Origin: an uncultured Bacteroidota bacterium
GTDB taxonomy: Bacteria > Bacteroidota > Bacteroidia > Chitinophagales > LD1
DNA: 61,380 nt
Direction: 5' to 3'
Assembly: GCA_903917755.1 (NCBI GenBank)
Contig: CAIXBT010000221.1
Coordinates: 1-61,380, forward strand
The first letter of the stretch is position 1, and each line of letters begins with the position of its first letter. Under the pieces are notes generated by a model that saw only the letters and a program-made list of their open reading frames with translations, was not told the origin of the DNA and did not search any database. This document shows positions 1 to 9,751 of the stretch, piece by piece. Position numbers and translations under genes: made by a program.

Positions 1-225
1 CAGGAACTTGCCTTCGTCGTTGTATTTGCCGGAACGCAGCGTGTCTATCACCTTGATATAGGTCTCCTGAAAGATGTCTTCGGCCAGGTAGGAGTCCTTG
101 ACCATCATGTAGATAGAAGTATAAACCTTGTCTTTGTGGCGGGCTACAAGGCGTTCAAAAGCCATTTCGTTGCCGGCGAGGTACTGCTTCAGCAGATCCT
201 GATCGCTCATTAGTGGTGTGCGCAT
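1..225 (-). CDS. RNA polymerase sigma-70 family (ECF-type) sigma factor, N-terminal part; the gene runs off the left edge
   Basis: Not in the ORF track because it is open at the window edge. The reverse complement from the ATG at 223-225 reads MRTPLMSDQDLLKQYLAGNEMAFERLVARHKDKVYTSIYMMVKDSYLAEDIFQETYIKVIDTLRSGKYNDEGKFL, a typical sigma-70 region 2 pattern. An alternative ATG lies at 208-210. Confidence 0.6.
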   Translation of the reverse strand, partial: MRTPLMSDQDLLKQYLAGNEMAFERLVARHKDKVYTSIYMMVKDSYLAEDIFQETYIKVIDTLRSGKYNDEGKFL

Positions 226-482
226 AGACTTCCTTTTTAATTGGGGGTTAAACAAAAAAATGTAGAGTCTATGCTGCTATAGGCGATTGGTTTTATTATT
301 AGTTATTAATAAATATTAATTATTGAGACGAATACAAATGAAATGGTCATTTGCAGGGTCTGAATATCTAATGTCTGAAATCTAAAGTCTTAAAAAAATC
401 GCAGGCTACGCTAATTCACTTATCTTTGACTGCCTGCTAATAGAGTAGAATAAATTCGATATTATATAAAGTTTGATTACGA

Positions 483-3374
483 ATGTTAACCAAAGTTAAT
501 AAAGGAAATTCAGATTTCCAAATAAAAAAACAAATTGATACAAAAATAATTATCAAGGGTGCGCGGGTCCATAATCTCAAAAATATTGATCTCGAAATAC
601 CCAAGAATCAATTTATAGTTTTCACCGGTGTGTCCGGCTCCGGCAAATCATCCCTCTCTATAGACACGCTCTATGCCGAGGGGCAGCGCCGCTATGTAGA
701 GAGCCTCACTTCATACGCACGTCAGTTTCTCAGCCGTATGGACAAGCCCGATGTGGACTATATCAAGGGCCTCTGCCCTGCCATAGCCATCGAGCAGAAA
801 GTATCTACCCGTACTACACGCTCCACGGTCGGCTCTCTTACAGAAATATACGATTACCTGAGATTAATGTTCGCTCGCATAGGCCGGACCTACTCTCCTG
901 TATCAGGACAGATAGTCGGCAAACATGAAGTGGTAGATGTGGTGGATTATATTTTTGGACTACCGGAAGGCGAAAAAGTATTTATCTATTATGAAGCTGT
1001 AAGCAAAGGCAAACTGAATGAAGAGTTGAAATTGCTTTTGCAGAAAGGCTTCACTCGTGTCAAGTGGCTCGGCGAAACTGCCAAGATCGAAGACCTGATC
1101 GACAAACCTGAAGTAGTCAAGTCGAAGGATAAAACCGTCAAGGTGCTAGTGGATCGTGTCATCGTAAAAGATGAAGAAGAATTGAAATCACGTGTAGCTG
1201 ACTCCGTGCTCACAGCCTTCAATGAAGGTGGTAATGAATGTTTCGTAGAGGCAACGGGCCCCACCCAAACCCTCCCCGAAGGGGAAGGCTTAAATACATC
1301 TGTGGCAGCTGTTAAAGCCCCCCTTGGGGGTTTGGGGGCCGCTATTGTCTTCAACAATAAATTTGAAGCGGATGGGATGAGTTTTGAAATACCCTCTCAA
1401 AACCTTTTCAATTTCAATAATCCCTATGGTGCTTGTAAGACCTGCGAAGGTTTCGGCTCTGTGGTGGGTATAGATGATGATCTCGTGGTCCCAGACAAAA
1501 CACTTTCGCTGTATGAAGGTGCTATCGCTCCCTGGCGTGGTGAGAAAATGAGCGAGTGGCTGGAGCCGCTACTCAAGAAGGGTATCTATTTTGATTTCCC
1601 GATACACCGTGCTTACAAAGACCTCACAGCAGAAGAGAAAAAACTGCTTTGGACAGGCAATGAACACTTCGAGGGCCTGACATATTTCTTCAAATACCTC
1701 GAGGAGAAAAGCTATAAGATACAGTATCGTGTCATGCTCTCCCGCTATCGCGGCAAGACGACCTGCCCCGACTGCCGCGGCTCGCGTATCCGTAAGGATG
1801 CACACTATGTGAAGGTGGCAGGACGTGACATCGCGGAACTCCTGATGATGCCTATCAAGGATCTTTATACTTTCTTTAAGGAAATCCAATTTTCACCGGA
1901 GGATAAAAAAATATCTGACCGTATCATCATCGAGATCAATAGCCGTCTGCAAACCATGATGGATGTAGGCCTCGGCTACCTGATGCTAAACCGTCTCTCC
2001 AATACACTCAGCGGTGGCGAGACGCAGCGTATCAATCTGACACGTTCGATCGGCAGCAATCTTACTTCGTCGATGTATATACTCGATGAACCAAGTATTG
2101 GCCTGCATCAGCGTGACACCGAGAGGCTCATCACGGTACTCAAGAATCTGCGTGATCTTGGTAATACAGTTATAGTGGTAGAGCATGATGAGGATATCAT
2201 GAAAGCCTGTGACCATATAGTAGATATGGGGCCCGAAGCCGGTATTCACGGCGGCGAAGTGATATACAACGGCCCTGCCAAAGACATAGTAAAAGACAAG
2301 AATAGCCTTACAGCAAAATACCTGAACGGTGAACTCAAAATTGACTATCCGAAGATACGCCGTCAGACCATCAACGCACTCTATGTGATTGGCGCCAATC
2401 AGCATAACTTGAAAGACGTAGATGTCAAAGTTCCCCTCAATGCATTGACGGTGGTCACGGGCGTGAGCGGCTCCGGCAAGACCACTCTGATCAAAAAGAT
2501 CCTCTACCCTGCCCTACTCAGGCAGTTCGATGGTGGCGGGGAAAAGCCTGGTTCTTTTAAAGAACTGCGTGGCGATCTGAAGAAGATAAGCGGCGTGGAA
2601 ATGATAGACCAGAATCCACTGGGTCGCAGCTCAAGGTCGAATCCTGTCACCTATGTCAAGGCATATGATGCGATACGCGATCTCTTCGCGCGTCAGCAGC
2701 TGTCTAAACTCAGGGGCTATGCTGCGGGAACATTCTCATTCAATATCGAAGGTGGCCGCTGCGAAACTTGTAAGGGTGACGGTGAGGTGGTCATAGAGAT
2801 GCAGTTTCTCGCGGATGTACACCTGCGCTGCGAGGTTTGTAATGGGCGCAAGTTCAAAGAGGATGTGCTTGAAGTGCAATACAAAGACAAAAATATTTTT
2901 GACATCCTCGAACTGAGCATCGATGAAGCATTGGATTTTTTCAGTGAGCAAAATGACATCGTTCAGAAACTCGCACCACTTAGAAATGTAGGCCTCGGCT
3001 ATGTCAAACTCGGTCAGTCATCATCTACCCTCAGCGGTGGCGAGGCGCAGCGCGTGAAGCTGGCATCTTTCCTCACCCGCGGCAATGCCACACAGCCATT
3101 GCTTTTCATCTTTGATGAGCCGACCACAGGTTTGCATTTTCATGATATCAATAAGCTCATGTCGTCCTTCTATCAACTCATAGATGCAGGACATACGGTG
3201 GTGGTGATCGAACATAATATGGATGTGATCAAATGCGCAGACTGGATCATAGACCTCGGCCCCGACGGCGGTGACGAAGGTGGTCACCTGGTATATCAGG
3301 GCACACCGGAAGGATTACTGAAAGTCAAAGAGTCACACACGGCGCACTATCTGAAAGAGAAACTGGTGGAGTGA
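483..3374 (+). CDS. uvrA: Excinuclease ABC subunit A (UvrA)
   Basis: 963 aa. Two ABC ATPase modules with Walker A GVSGSGKSS and GVSGSGKTT, signature LSGGE twice, and zinc-module motifs (CKTCEGFG, CPDCRGSR, CETCKGDGE...CEVCNGRKF). The IIIKGARVHNLKNIDLEIPKN N-terminus is classic UvrA. Confidence 0.97.
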   Translation: MLTKVNKGNSDFQIKKQIDTKIIIKGARVHNLKNIDLEIPKNQFIVFTGVSGSGKSSLSIDTLYAEGQRRYVESLTSYARQFLSRMDKPDVDYIKGLCPAIAIEQKVSTRTTRSTVGSLTEIYDYLRLMFARIGRTYSPVSGQIVGKHEVVDVVDYIFGLPEGEKVFIYYEAVSKGKLNEELKLLLQKGFTRVKWLGETAKIEDLIDKPEVVKSKDKTVKVLVDRVIVKDEEELKSRVADSVLTAFNEGGNECFVEATGPTQTLPEGEGLNTSVAAVKAPLGGLGAAIVFNNKFEADGMSFEIPSQNLFNFNNPYGACKTCEGFGSVVGIDDDLVVPDKTLSLYEGAIAPWRGEKMSEWLEPLLKKGIYFDFPIHRAYKDLTAEEKKLLWTGNEHFEGLTYFFKYLEEKSYKIQYRVMLSRYRGKTTCPDCRGSRIRKDAHYVKVAGRDIAELLMMPIKDLYTFFKEIQFSPEDKKISDRIIIEINSRLQTMMDVGLGYLMLNRLSNTLSGGETQRINLTRSIGSNLTSSMYILDEPSIGLHQRDTERLITVLKNLRDLGNTVIVVEHDEDIMKACDHIVDMGPEAGIHGGEVIYNGPAKDIVKDKNSLTAKYLNGELKIDYPKIRRQTINALYVIGANQHNLKDVDVKVPLNALTVVTGVSGSGKTTLIKKILYPALLRQFDGGGEKPGSFKELRGDLKKISGVEMIDQNPLGRSSRSNPVTYVKAYDAIRDLFARQQLSKLRGYAAGTFSFNIEGGRCETCKGDGEVVIEMQFLADVHLRCEVCNGRKFKEDVLEVQYKDKNIFDILELSIDEALDFFSEQNDIVQKLAPLRNVGLGYVKLGQSSSTLSGGEAQRVKLASFLTRGNATQPLLFIFDEPTTGLHFHDINKLMSSFYQLIDAGHTVVVIEHNMDVIKCADWIIDLGPDGGDEGGHLVYQGTPEGLLKVKESHTAHYLKEKLVE
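1256..1342. repeat. GC-rich imperfect palindromic element inserted in frame within uvrA
   Basis: GGCCCCACCCAAACCC (1257-1272) is an inverted repeat of GGGTTTGGGGGCC (1328-1340). Mini-palindromes CCCCGAAGGGG (1274-1284) and CCCCCCTTGGGGG (1318-1330) sit inside the arms. The element encodes the G/P/L/A-rich stretch GPTQTLPEGEGLNTSVAAVKAPLGGLGAA. Confidence 0.55.
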
Positions 3375-3380
3375 GAAAAC

Positions 3381-3935
3381 TCAATGGCTAATTTTTCGTG
3401 AGAATATATTCTCCGCTTTTATTCCGTCATGAAAATTAAAGGTGGTATAAAATTTAGTCCCTTTAACGTTCGTATATTCTAAGGTCATTGGCCTTTTAAG
3501 GACATTCGGAAGATCATTCATTAACTTAACTGAATCCTGTGCTTTAACCTCGAAATTTTGAAAGAAGGTGGCTGAATATTGAGTATTTGAATTAGGAATT
3601 AATGGCGCAAGAGGATTTATTGAAGGTTGTATAGCTATAAGAGTCGAGTTCCCAACAGGTTCAATGAGTTTTAAATTGTATGCTGAATATTCAGAATTGT
3701 TGTAAAAGGTTAGGGCATAATTCCACTCAATCCGGAAATGTCGTATGGCATCAAACTCATTTATAATTGTATCGGTTCTATTCTTCCTTGATAGTCCTAA
3801 CGGTATTTTACCTACTCCTATTGACTTTAACTCCAAATGCACCTTTGGTTGATCAAAATATTTTTTCTTTATTGGTGGGATCAATAAACCTAGAAAACCT
3901 TTTAAGCCACTAAAGACAGTTGAAAAAATAGGCAT
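3381..3935 (-). CDS. Hypothetical protein (orphan, AT-rich)
   Basis: 184-aa ORF convergent with uvrA; its stop lies 6 bp from the uvrA stop. I recognise no family motif. Its composition is visibly more AT-rich than uvrA. Confidence 0.45.
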   Translation of the reverse strand: MPIFSTVFSGLKGFLGLLIPPIKKKYFDQPKVHLELKSIGVGKIPLGLSRKNRTDTIINEFDAIRHFRIEWNYALTFYNNSEYSAYNLKLIEPVGNSTLIAIQPSINPLAPLIPNSNTQYSATFFQNFEVKAQDSVKLMNDLPNVLKRPMTLEYTNVKGTKFYTTFNFHDGIKAENIFSRKISH

Positions 3936-3984
3936 TGATTAGTTAGGTTCATTTTGCAAAAATATAAAATCATAGTCTCCCAAA

Positions 3985-5295
3985 TCACAGATACGCGTGA
4001 TCACTATGATCACTCATATATTGCTTCTCGATCTTCTTTTTTGCAATAAGATTGACTACACCCTGCATAAAAGGGCTTAGCGCTTTCAGCTCAGGATTTT
4101 TGCCATGCTTCTTATAGCGGTCAAAGAATGCCTTCATTGACAACACTGCAAAAGCCGCGCAGGTATTATGATCGAGATGGTCACTCTGGTTATTGAGCCT
4201 GATATCCTTTTTTCCTGCTTTGGTCATGTGCTCATATGCCACTTCGGAGTTTTTGTAGTTCACCTCGCGATCACCTTTGCAGTAGCATAGTTGTACTGGT
4301 GCTTCCGGCTTCCAGTCGGTGAGGTTATTTTCCCTTAGGCGGGCGAGGAAAGGAAAGTCTGGATTATTTTTAAACTGCTCTACCATCTCAGGTTTGACCA
4401 CCTCGCTCGGGATATGAGGCATGATCCTATCGAGGTCATCGTATGACTTATCTCTCACAGGGCCGAAATATCCGCGAAGCAATGTATCGAATGGAGATTT
4501 GAAAACAGTATAGATATCAGGATTGGGGAAAATATGATAAGCGGTCTGATAAGAAATGATCAGATATGGCAAATAGAAAGGACGCGGATACACCTGAAAC
4601 ATATACTTAGCCTGCTCGCCGGTCATATCGTATGCTCCAGACATAGGAGAAGTAGCAGTCACTTTAAACCTCAGGTCGTGCTGTGCCTCGATGTATTTCT
4701 GCGCGGCAAAAGATGAATGCCCGCCCTGAGAGTAGCCCGTCAGAAAAAGCTGCCCGTTGGTTTCGTAGTTCATGGTCTTTTTAAATTCTTCTACTGCATA
4801 TAGCATATACAAAAACGCCATGCCTTCGCTCCATGCGTGCTGATAGAGGTGCTGTCCGTCGCCTTTGCCCATGCCATAGTAGTCGGGATATAGCGCCAGA
4901 TAGCCGTCAGCAGCCATAAAGAGGCAAATGTCCTGCTGTGAGTCATCATCTGTGATATCACGGGCCTTGCTGATCTGGGTGCCGTGACCGAACATAAATG
5001 TAGGAGCTTTTTTACCGGCTTTCAACTTAGGTACATACATGATACCGGAGCAGTTGATCCAGGTAGAGCTGTCTATCCATGGGGCTTTGTATATTACTTC
5101 ATAGATATCTACATCATCTTTGATCGGCATCGCAATGGTTGGAACATGGTGCTTTTTCCATAGAGCATGGAGCGATTCTTTTGTGTGACTCTTGATCAGT
5201 TTGGCACTGACCAGATAGGCAGTCGGAGTATTTACAAAACCAAAACTGTGAGATACCACTAACAGCGTTAGTAGTAAAGTGATATAAACTTTCAT
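3985..5295 (-). CDS. Secreted alpha/beta-hydrolase (lipase/esterase-like)
   Basis: 436 aa. N-terminal signal-like segment MKVYITLLLTLLVVSHSFG and nucleophile elbow GYSQGG (GxSxG). Confidence 0.6.
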   Translation of the reverse strand: MKVYITLLLTLLVVSHSFGFVNTPTAYLVSAKLIKSHTKESLHALWKKHHVPTIAMPIKDDVDIYEVIYKAPWIDSSTWINCSGIMYVPKLKAGKKAPTFMFGHGTQISKARDITDDDSQQDICLFMAADGYLALYPDYYGMGKGDGQHLYQHAWSEGMAFLYMLYAVEEFKKTMNYETNGQLFLTGYSQGGHSSFAAQKYIEAQHDLRFKVTATSPMSGAYDMTGEQAKYMFQVYPRPFYLPYLIISYQTAYHIFPNPDIYTVFKSPFDTLLRGYFGPVRDKSYDDLDRIMPHIPSEVVKPEMVEQFKNNPDFPFLARLRENNLTDWKPEAPVQLCYCKGDREVNYKNSEVAYEHMTKAGKKDIRLNNQSDHLDHNTCAAFAVLSMKAFFDRYKKHGKNPELKALSPFMQGVVNLIAKKKIEKQYMSDHSDHAYL

Positions 5296-5584
5296 TATTT
5301 GCTTTTAATTGATTGTTTGAATAGCATATATACTGATTAATACTGCTTTTATTGTATGGGATCAGGCTTAAACCAACAAAAGCAATCTGTATTCGGATGA
5401 ACGTCAGATTATCCGAAAAGTCACCCTTCTCATTTCACATTGTCCAAAATTCACACACTGCACATTATCAGCAAGAAAAACTAAAAGTGCGATTAGCGCA
5501 GCTTATCATGGGAAAATGTACTTTTATACTGAGTGTTTATGCCATTTTTGAAATTAGCGAATGGCTGACATGACATAAAACCAA

Positions 5585-8500
5585 ATGAATTTTTTCTTGA
5601 AAAAACTGTATTGCATTTTTCTTATCCTCCTTATCGGTACTCGCATGGCCCATGCGCAGGACCTGATAGGCAAGATCACTGATCAGGACAGCGCCCGAAC
5701 ACCTTTGTTCATGGCAGAGGTGACACAGATGCAGGATGGCAAGACCATAGCTACTTACAAAACCTATTTCGACGGTACCTACCGCATCAAGGTCAAACCG
5801 AGTCAGACATACCAGCTCAAGGTCTCCTTTGCAGGCCGCAGCGATACTACTCTTACGATCTCTGTCGACAAACACGGAACCTTATACAGCGGTACACTTT
5901 TTATCTCGCTACGCAAAGACGGACTTAGGCTCACGGGCTTCATTCTCGATCGCGAACAGGATATTCCCATCAGCGATGCCTGCATCATCATGAGAAACGT
6001 GATGACACGCAAGGAAGACAGATACACGACAGATGTGAATGGCAGCTATAATCTCAAAATGGATTATGAAACCAATTACACGATCAGGATAGACAAGATG
6101 TCGCCGGGTATTTTTAATAAATATAGTGACACAAGTTTCAATGTATCGACCATTGGATTCAACAGGCCATTGGATTTCAGGCTGGATATCAAACTCGGCC
6201 CTACCAATGGTTATACAGCCCCTCGCCCCGGATATGACTCGCATGCCAAGCCTGTAAATCGAAATCTGAAGCCTGCACTGCTCGTGCTCGGAGCCAAAGA
6301 TTCTACCAAAAAACGGGAGCAGGACTCTATACTGACTGCTTTGAATATTAAAGATTCCCTCATATCATCTCTTGATAAACGTATTCATGACATCAATAAG
6401 ACTGCTACTGCTAAAGTAGTACTACGAGATGCAGATGAGGAAGAAAAGAAAAAAGCAGAAGCCGATGCCAAGATGGCGATGGAGGTAGAAAAACGAAAAC
6501 AGCAACTGGCAGATGATTTGAAGAAAAAAGACCTCGCTAAAGCAGAAGCAGACCTCAAGGCCAAACAACTGGCCGAAAAAACACTACAGGATAAACTAGA
6601 CAAGGAGGTTCGTGAAGCAGCAGTACGCAGAGAAGAGAAACAAAGACTCGCTGCCGAAAAGGCCGCAGCTAATGCTCAGGCCGAACAGGATAGCCTGCTC
6701 AAAGTAGCTATGCTCAAAAACAAAGAGATCATGGCACGTCGCAAGCATGTGGCTGACTCTCTGGCTCTCGTACAAGATCAAATTAAAAATGAAGTGCTGA
6801 AGAAAAGGGATGCAGCAGATAGGGAAAATATGAAAGTTCTCGCCGCAAAACAGAAAAAAGACGATGCTGAAAAAATTAAAAAAGACCAGAGCGAACAGGA
6901 CAGTCTGCTCAGAGTGGCTGAATCGAGGAATAAAACACTCATGGCCACACGAAAACGTGTACTGGACTCGCTGATCAATATCGAAAGCCAGAAAGTACAG
7001 GTCAAGACGGATATGCGTGGCGTGGACAAGGCAGCACATATCAAAGACAGTATAAGGATACAGGAAGCCATTCAGGCAGAAAAACTCAAAAGGATAATGG
7101 CAGAAAGAGCCCAGGCAGAACAGGATAGCCTGCTCCGCGTGGCAGAAGAAAGGAATAGAGAGATGATGGTGAGGCGGAAGCTTGTGGCAGATTCTCTGGC
7201 AGTGATCGAAGCACGAAGACAACAACAGATAAATGATGCAAAACAACTCGAAAGAGCAAAACAGGAATATGATCTGAATGAGAAACGTGCGCGTGAGAAG
7301 AAAGAGCAGGAAGCTGAAGCAAAACAGCAGGCAGAACAGAAAGAAAAAGACAGAATAGCGCTCGAACAGACTCAACTCAAAAAAGCCAAAGAGGATCAGC
7401 AACTGGCAGCCGCAAACAAAGCTGAGAAGGAGGCAGCTGACAGAAGATCTCAACTGGAGAAAGATCTCGCCGCTATGAAAAAAGCTCGGGAAGAAGCTGA
7501 AGCTAAAGTGCTGAACGAAAAACGCGAAAAAGAGGCCGCCGATCGTATGGCTAAGAAAGAAAACAAACGGATAGCCAAAGAAATGGCAGAGCAGAACAAG
7601 AAACAAAAGCAAGCACAGGAGGAAACAAAAAGAAAAGCGGAAGAACAGCGTCGACTGGCAGCTCGCAAAGCTGAATCTGAAGCAGAACAGCGTGAACTGG
7701 AAGCTAAACGTAGCCTTCAGGAGCAGGAAAAAAATCAGCTGACCCAAAAACTCACTAAACTGCAAAAGGATGAGCAGTCTATGGTGACCAAAGATCAGGA
7801 TACCAAGCAGCAGGATTACAACCCGGATCAGGCACTCAGTAATGAAAAGGCCAAAACCATCAGCGCCTATCAAGCTAAACTAAGACAGGAAAATGAGAAC
7901 AGAGCCGACTCTGCAGCCAATATTTCTCATCCGCTCGCATCTACCAGCGGCACGAAACTGATCAAGGCCAAAGGCTTTGTGAAAAACGGACAGACCGAAG
8001 ATCCCGTTCCGAAGGTATCTATCAATATTCGCCGCCTGAATAGCATTGTATCTCAGGAGGTGTCCTCAGATGAAAATGGACAATACGATATTCTGGTAGA
8101 TAGCGGATATTACTATCTGGTTTCTTTTTACAAAGATAAATATGAGATCAGTAAACAGATATTGGATCTGACCTCATACACGAAAGCCAATTACACTATG
8201 GTGATCCAGTATCTCAAAGAGCGCGATGACTTCGACCCTAATGCCAAAATGCCGATCATCCAATTTGACAAAAACAGCTCTAAACTGCCTGCCGATGTGT
8301 GGGGCGACCTGCAGACCATAGTCAAAATGATGAAAGATATCCCGGAGCTGAAGATCAAACTTTATGGCCTCGGATCTCTGGACGAAGACTACCCGATGGA
8401 ACTCTCCGTGACTCGTGCCAGACTGGTGGCAGACCTCATACTCGAGAGCGGTATCAAACCTTCGCGCATCCGGATCAACGGTATCGGAGCCTATCGCCCC

Positions 8501-8587
8501 AGGTCAGGATGTACCGAAGGCAAGATCTGTGCTGAAGAATCATACAAACTAGACAGAGTCGTGATGTATAAGGTGATCAAAGAATAA
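5585..8587 (+). CDS. OmpA-family envelope protein with N-terminal beta-sandwich-like region and a very long charged coiled coil
   Basis: 1000 aa. Signal-like N-terminus. An extremely K/E/A/Q/R-rich middle spans roughly residues 270-760. The C-terminal OmpA-like segment is IIQFDKNSSKLPADVWGDLQTIVKMMKDIPELKIKLYGLGSLDED...SVTRARLVADLILESGIKPSRIRINGIGAYRP. Confidence 0.75.
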   Translation: MNFFLKKLYCIFLILLIGTRMAHAQDLIGKITDQDSARTPLFMAEVTQMQDGKTIATYKTYFDGTYRIKVKPSQTYQLKVSFAGRSDTTLTISVDKHGTLYSGTLFISLRKDGLRLTGFILDREQDIPISDACIIMRNVMTRKEDRYTTDVNGSYNLKMDYETNYTIRIDKMSPGIFNKYSDTSFNVSTIGFNRPLDFRLDIKLGPTNGYTAPRPGYDSHAKPVNRNLKPALLVLGAKDSTKKREQDSILTALNIKDSLISSLDKRIHDINKTATAKVVLRDADEEEKKKAEADAKMAMEVEKRKQQLADDLKKKDLAKAEADLKAKQLAEKTLQDKLDKEVREAAVRREEKQRLAAEKAAANAQAEQDSLLKVAMLKNKEIMARRKHVADSLALVQDQIKNEVLKKRDAADRENMKVLAAKQKKDDAEKIKKDQSEQDSLLRVAESRNKTLMATRKRVLDSLINIESQKVQVKTDMRGVDKAAHIKDSIRIQEAIQAEKLKRIMAERAQAEQDSLLRVAEERNREMMVRRKLVADSLAVIEARRQQQINDAKQLERAKQEYDLNEKRAREKKEQEAEAKQQAEQKEKDRIALEQTQLKKAKEDQQLAAANKAEKEAADRRSQLEKDLAAMKKAREEAEAKVLNEKREKEAADRMAKKENKRIAKEMAEQNKKQKQAQEETKRKAEEQRRLAARKAESEAEQRELEAKRSLQEQEKNQLTQKLTKLQKDEQSMVTKDQDTKQQDYNPDQALSNEKAKTISAYQAKLRQENENRADSAANISHPLASTSGTKLIKAKGFVKNGQTEDPVPKVSINIRRLNSIVSQEVSSDENGQYDILVDSGYYYLVSFYKDKYEISKQILDLTSYTKANYTMVIQYLKERDDFDPNAKMPIIQFDKNSSKLPADVWGDLQTIVKMMKDIPELKIKLYGLGSLDEDYPMELSVTRARLVADLILESGIKPSRIRINGIGAYRPRSGCTEGKICAEESYKLDRVVMYKVIKE
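6680..7215 (+). repeat. Three copies of a roughly 33-aa intragenic repeat within the coiled-coil gene
   Basis: AEQDSLLKVAMLKNKEIMARRKHVADSLALV starts at 6680, SEQDSLLRVAESRNKTLMATRKRVLDSLINI at 6890 and AEQDSLLRVAEERNREMMVRRKLVADSLAVI at 7115. Spacing is 70 and 75 codons. Confidence 0.8.
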
Positions 8588-8709
8588 AAAAATCATATTA
8601 CGATTGATTTTTAATATTAAAATATGTTTGCCTTAACATATCATTGAAATGGAACCTCGGTTCCCATAGTCCTCAGATTTTTCTATTTTTACCTGAAATC
8701 TACACATAC

Positions 8710-9552
8710 ATGATAACTAGCGATGACAAGAAATTCTATGATGATAACGGATACATTCTGATCAAAAATGTCTTCACTCCTGAAGAGATTGCTTTTCTAA
8801 GAAAAAGGTCAATAGAAATTTTTTCGTCAGACGAATGGAAAGCATCACCGCACAATACCGACAGGACTCTGGCGGATGTGTACAGATATTTTCCCGATAT
8901 CATGAGAGTGTCTCTGACGCAGAAAGTCGTTGATATCATCAAGGGTCTGCTGGGTGAAGATGATGTGGTTCTTATTCCCGAGACCGCTATTATGAAGGGC
9001 TTCTACCCTACCTGGCACAAAGACTCGACCACCCAGGAAAAACTCGGCCATACCTTCCATAAAGATCCGGGATTCAAAATGATCCGTACCGGTATTTATT
9101 TTCAGGATAACGATGAATACGGCGGAGGCCTTTCTGTATTCGCAGGTTCGCACAAGACACCTGATAATTTTATGGGAAAATTTCCTGAAAGAACGCTATA
9201 CACCAGGATATTGAATAAGATCATCCCGCAGAAGGACGAAAACAGCAAATTCCTCAATCCGCTGAAACTAAAACTCGTCGACATCCCATCCAGGGTCGGA
9301 GATCTGGTCATATTTAATTTTCTGACTGCCCATAGGGGTACTCTACCGAAATCACAAAGAATAGGTGATGTGCCTGCTGACAAGACCAAGATCGCGATCT
9401 TCGATATTTTCGGGGTCAACAATGAATATACTCAGCAGTATGTAGACTTTCTCAAAACAAGGCCTGAAGGTATCTATGGCTTCGCGAGAGATCGTCATCA
9501 GTCGAAGGAATTTGATGACTACACTGCCAGTCTGGGGCTCAAAACAATATAG
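8710..9552 (+). CDS. Phytanoyl-CoA dioxygenase (PhyH) family Fe(II)/2-oxoglutarate oxygenase
   Basis: N-terminus FYDDNGYILIKNVFTPEEI, HxD motif in TWHKDS and distal His in TAHRG. The track ORF starts at TTG 8644; ATG 8710 (MITSDDKKFYDDNGY) is the more plausible start. Confidence 0.65.
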   Translation: MITSDDKKFYDDNGYILIKNVFTPEEIAFLRKRSIEIFSSDEWKASPHNTDRTLADVYRYFPDIMRVSLTQKVVDIIKGLLGEDDVVLIPETAIMKGFYPTWHKDSTTQEKLGHTFHKDPGFKMIRTGIYFQDNDEYGGGLSVFAGSHKTPDNFMGKFPERTLYTRILNKIIPQKDENSKFLNPLKLKLVDIPSRVGDLVIFNFLTAHRGTLPKSQRIGDVPADKTKIAIFDIFGVNNEYTQQYVDFLKTRPEGIYGFARDRHQSKEFDDYTASLGLKTI

Positions 9553-9751
9553 TCTCGATCAGGTTTGAGTTCGTATGAAATTTGAATTTAATGAATGCGA
9601 TTTGTGTTACTACACATCGAATTTTCATGTTATTAAATCACGTCTCGCCCATGCTTATATTTTTTCAACAAGTTGATAATAAGTGTTATAATTACACCTA
9701 TAGGCCATTTTTCACAAACCATTTCACGGCAATGATGGATACTGTTAGTTT

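Noticed and set aside
5352-5573. 73-aa ORF in the spacer upstream of the coiled-coil gene
   Set aside because: It has no motifs and an odd composition, and it sits in an AT-rich promoter-like region between divergent genes. It is probably spurious.
6596-7873. 425-aa ORF on the minus strand, antisense to the coiled-coil gene
   Set aside because: The translation is F/L/C/S-rich low complexity. It is the mirror image of the GAA/AAG/GCA-rich sense strand that encodes a coherent K/E/A coiled coil with an OmpA domain. I treat it as a shadow ORF.
8644-8709. TTG start at 8644 extending the PhyH-family ORF by 22 codons
   Set aside because: The extension (MKWNLGSHSPQIFLFLPEIYTY) has no homology pattern. 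ATG 8710 gives the family-typical N-terminus, so I used 8710.
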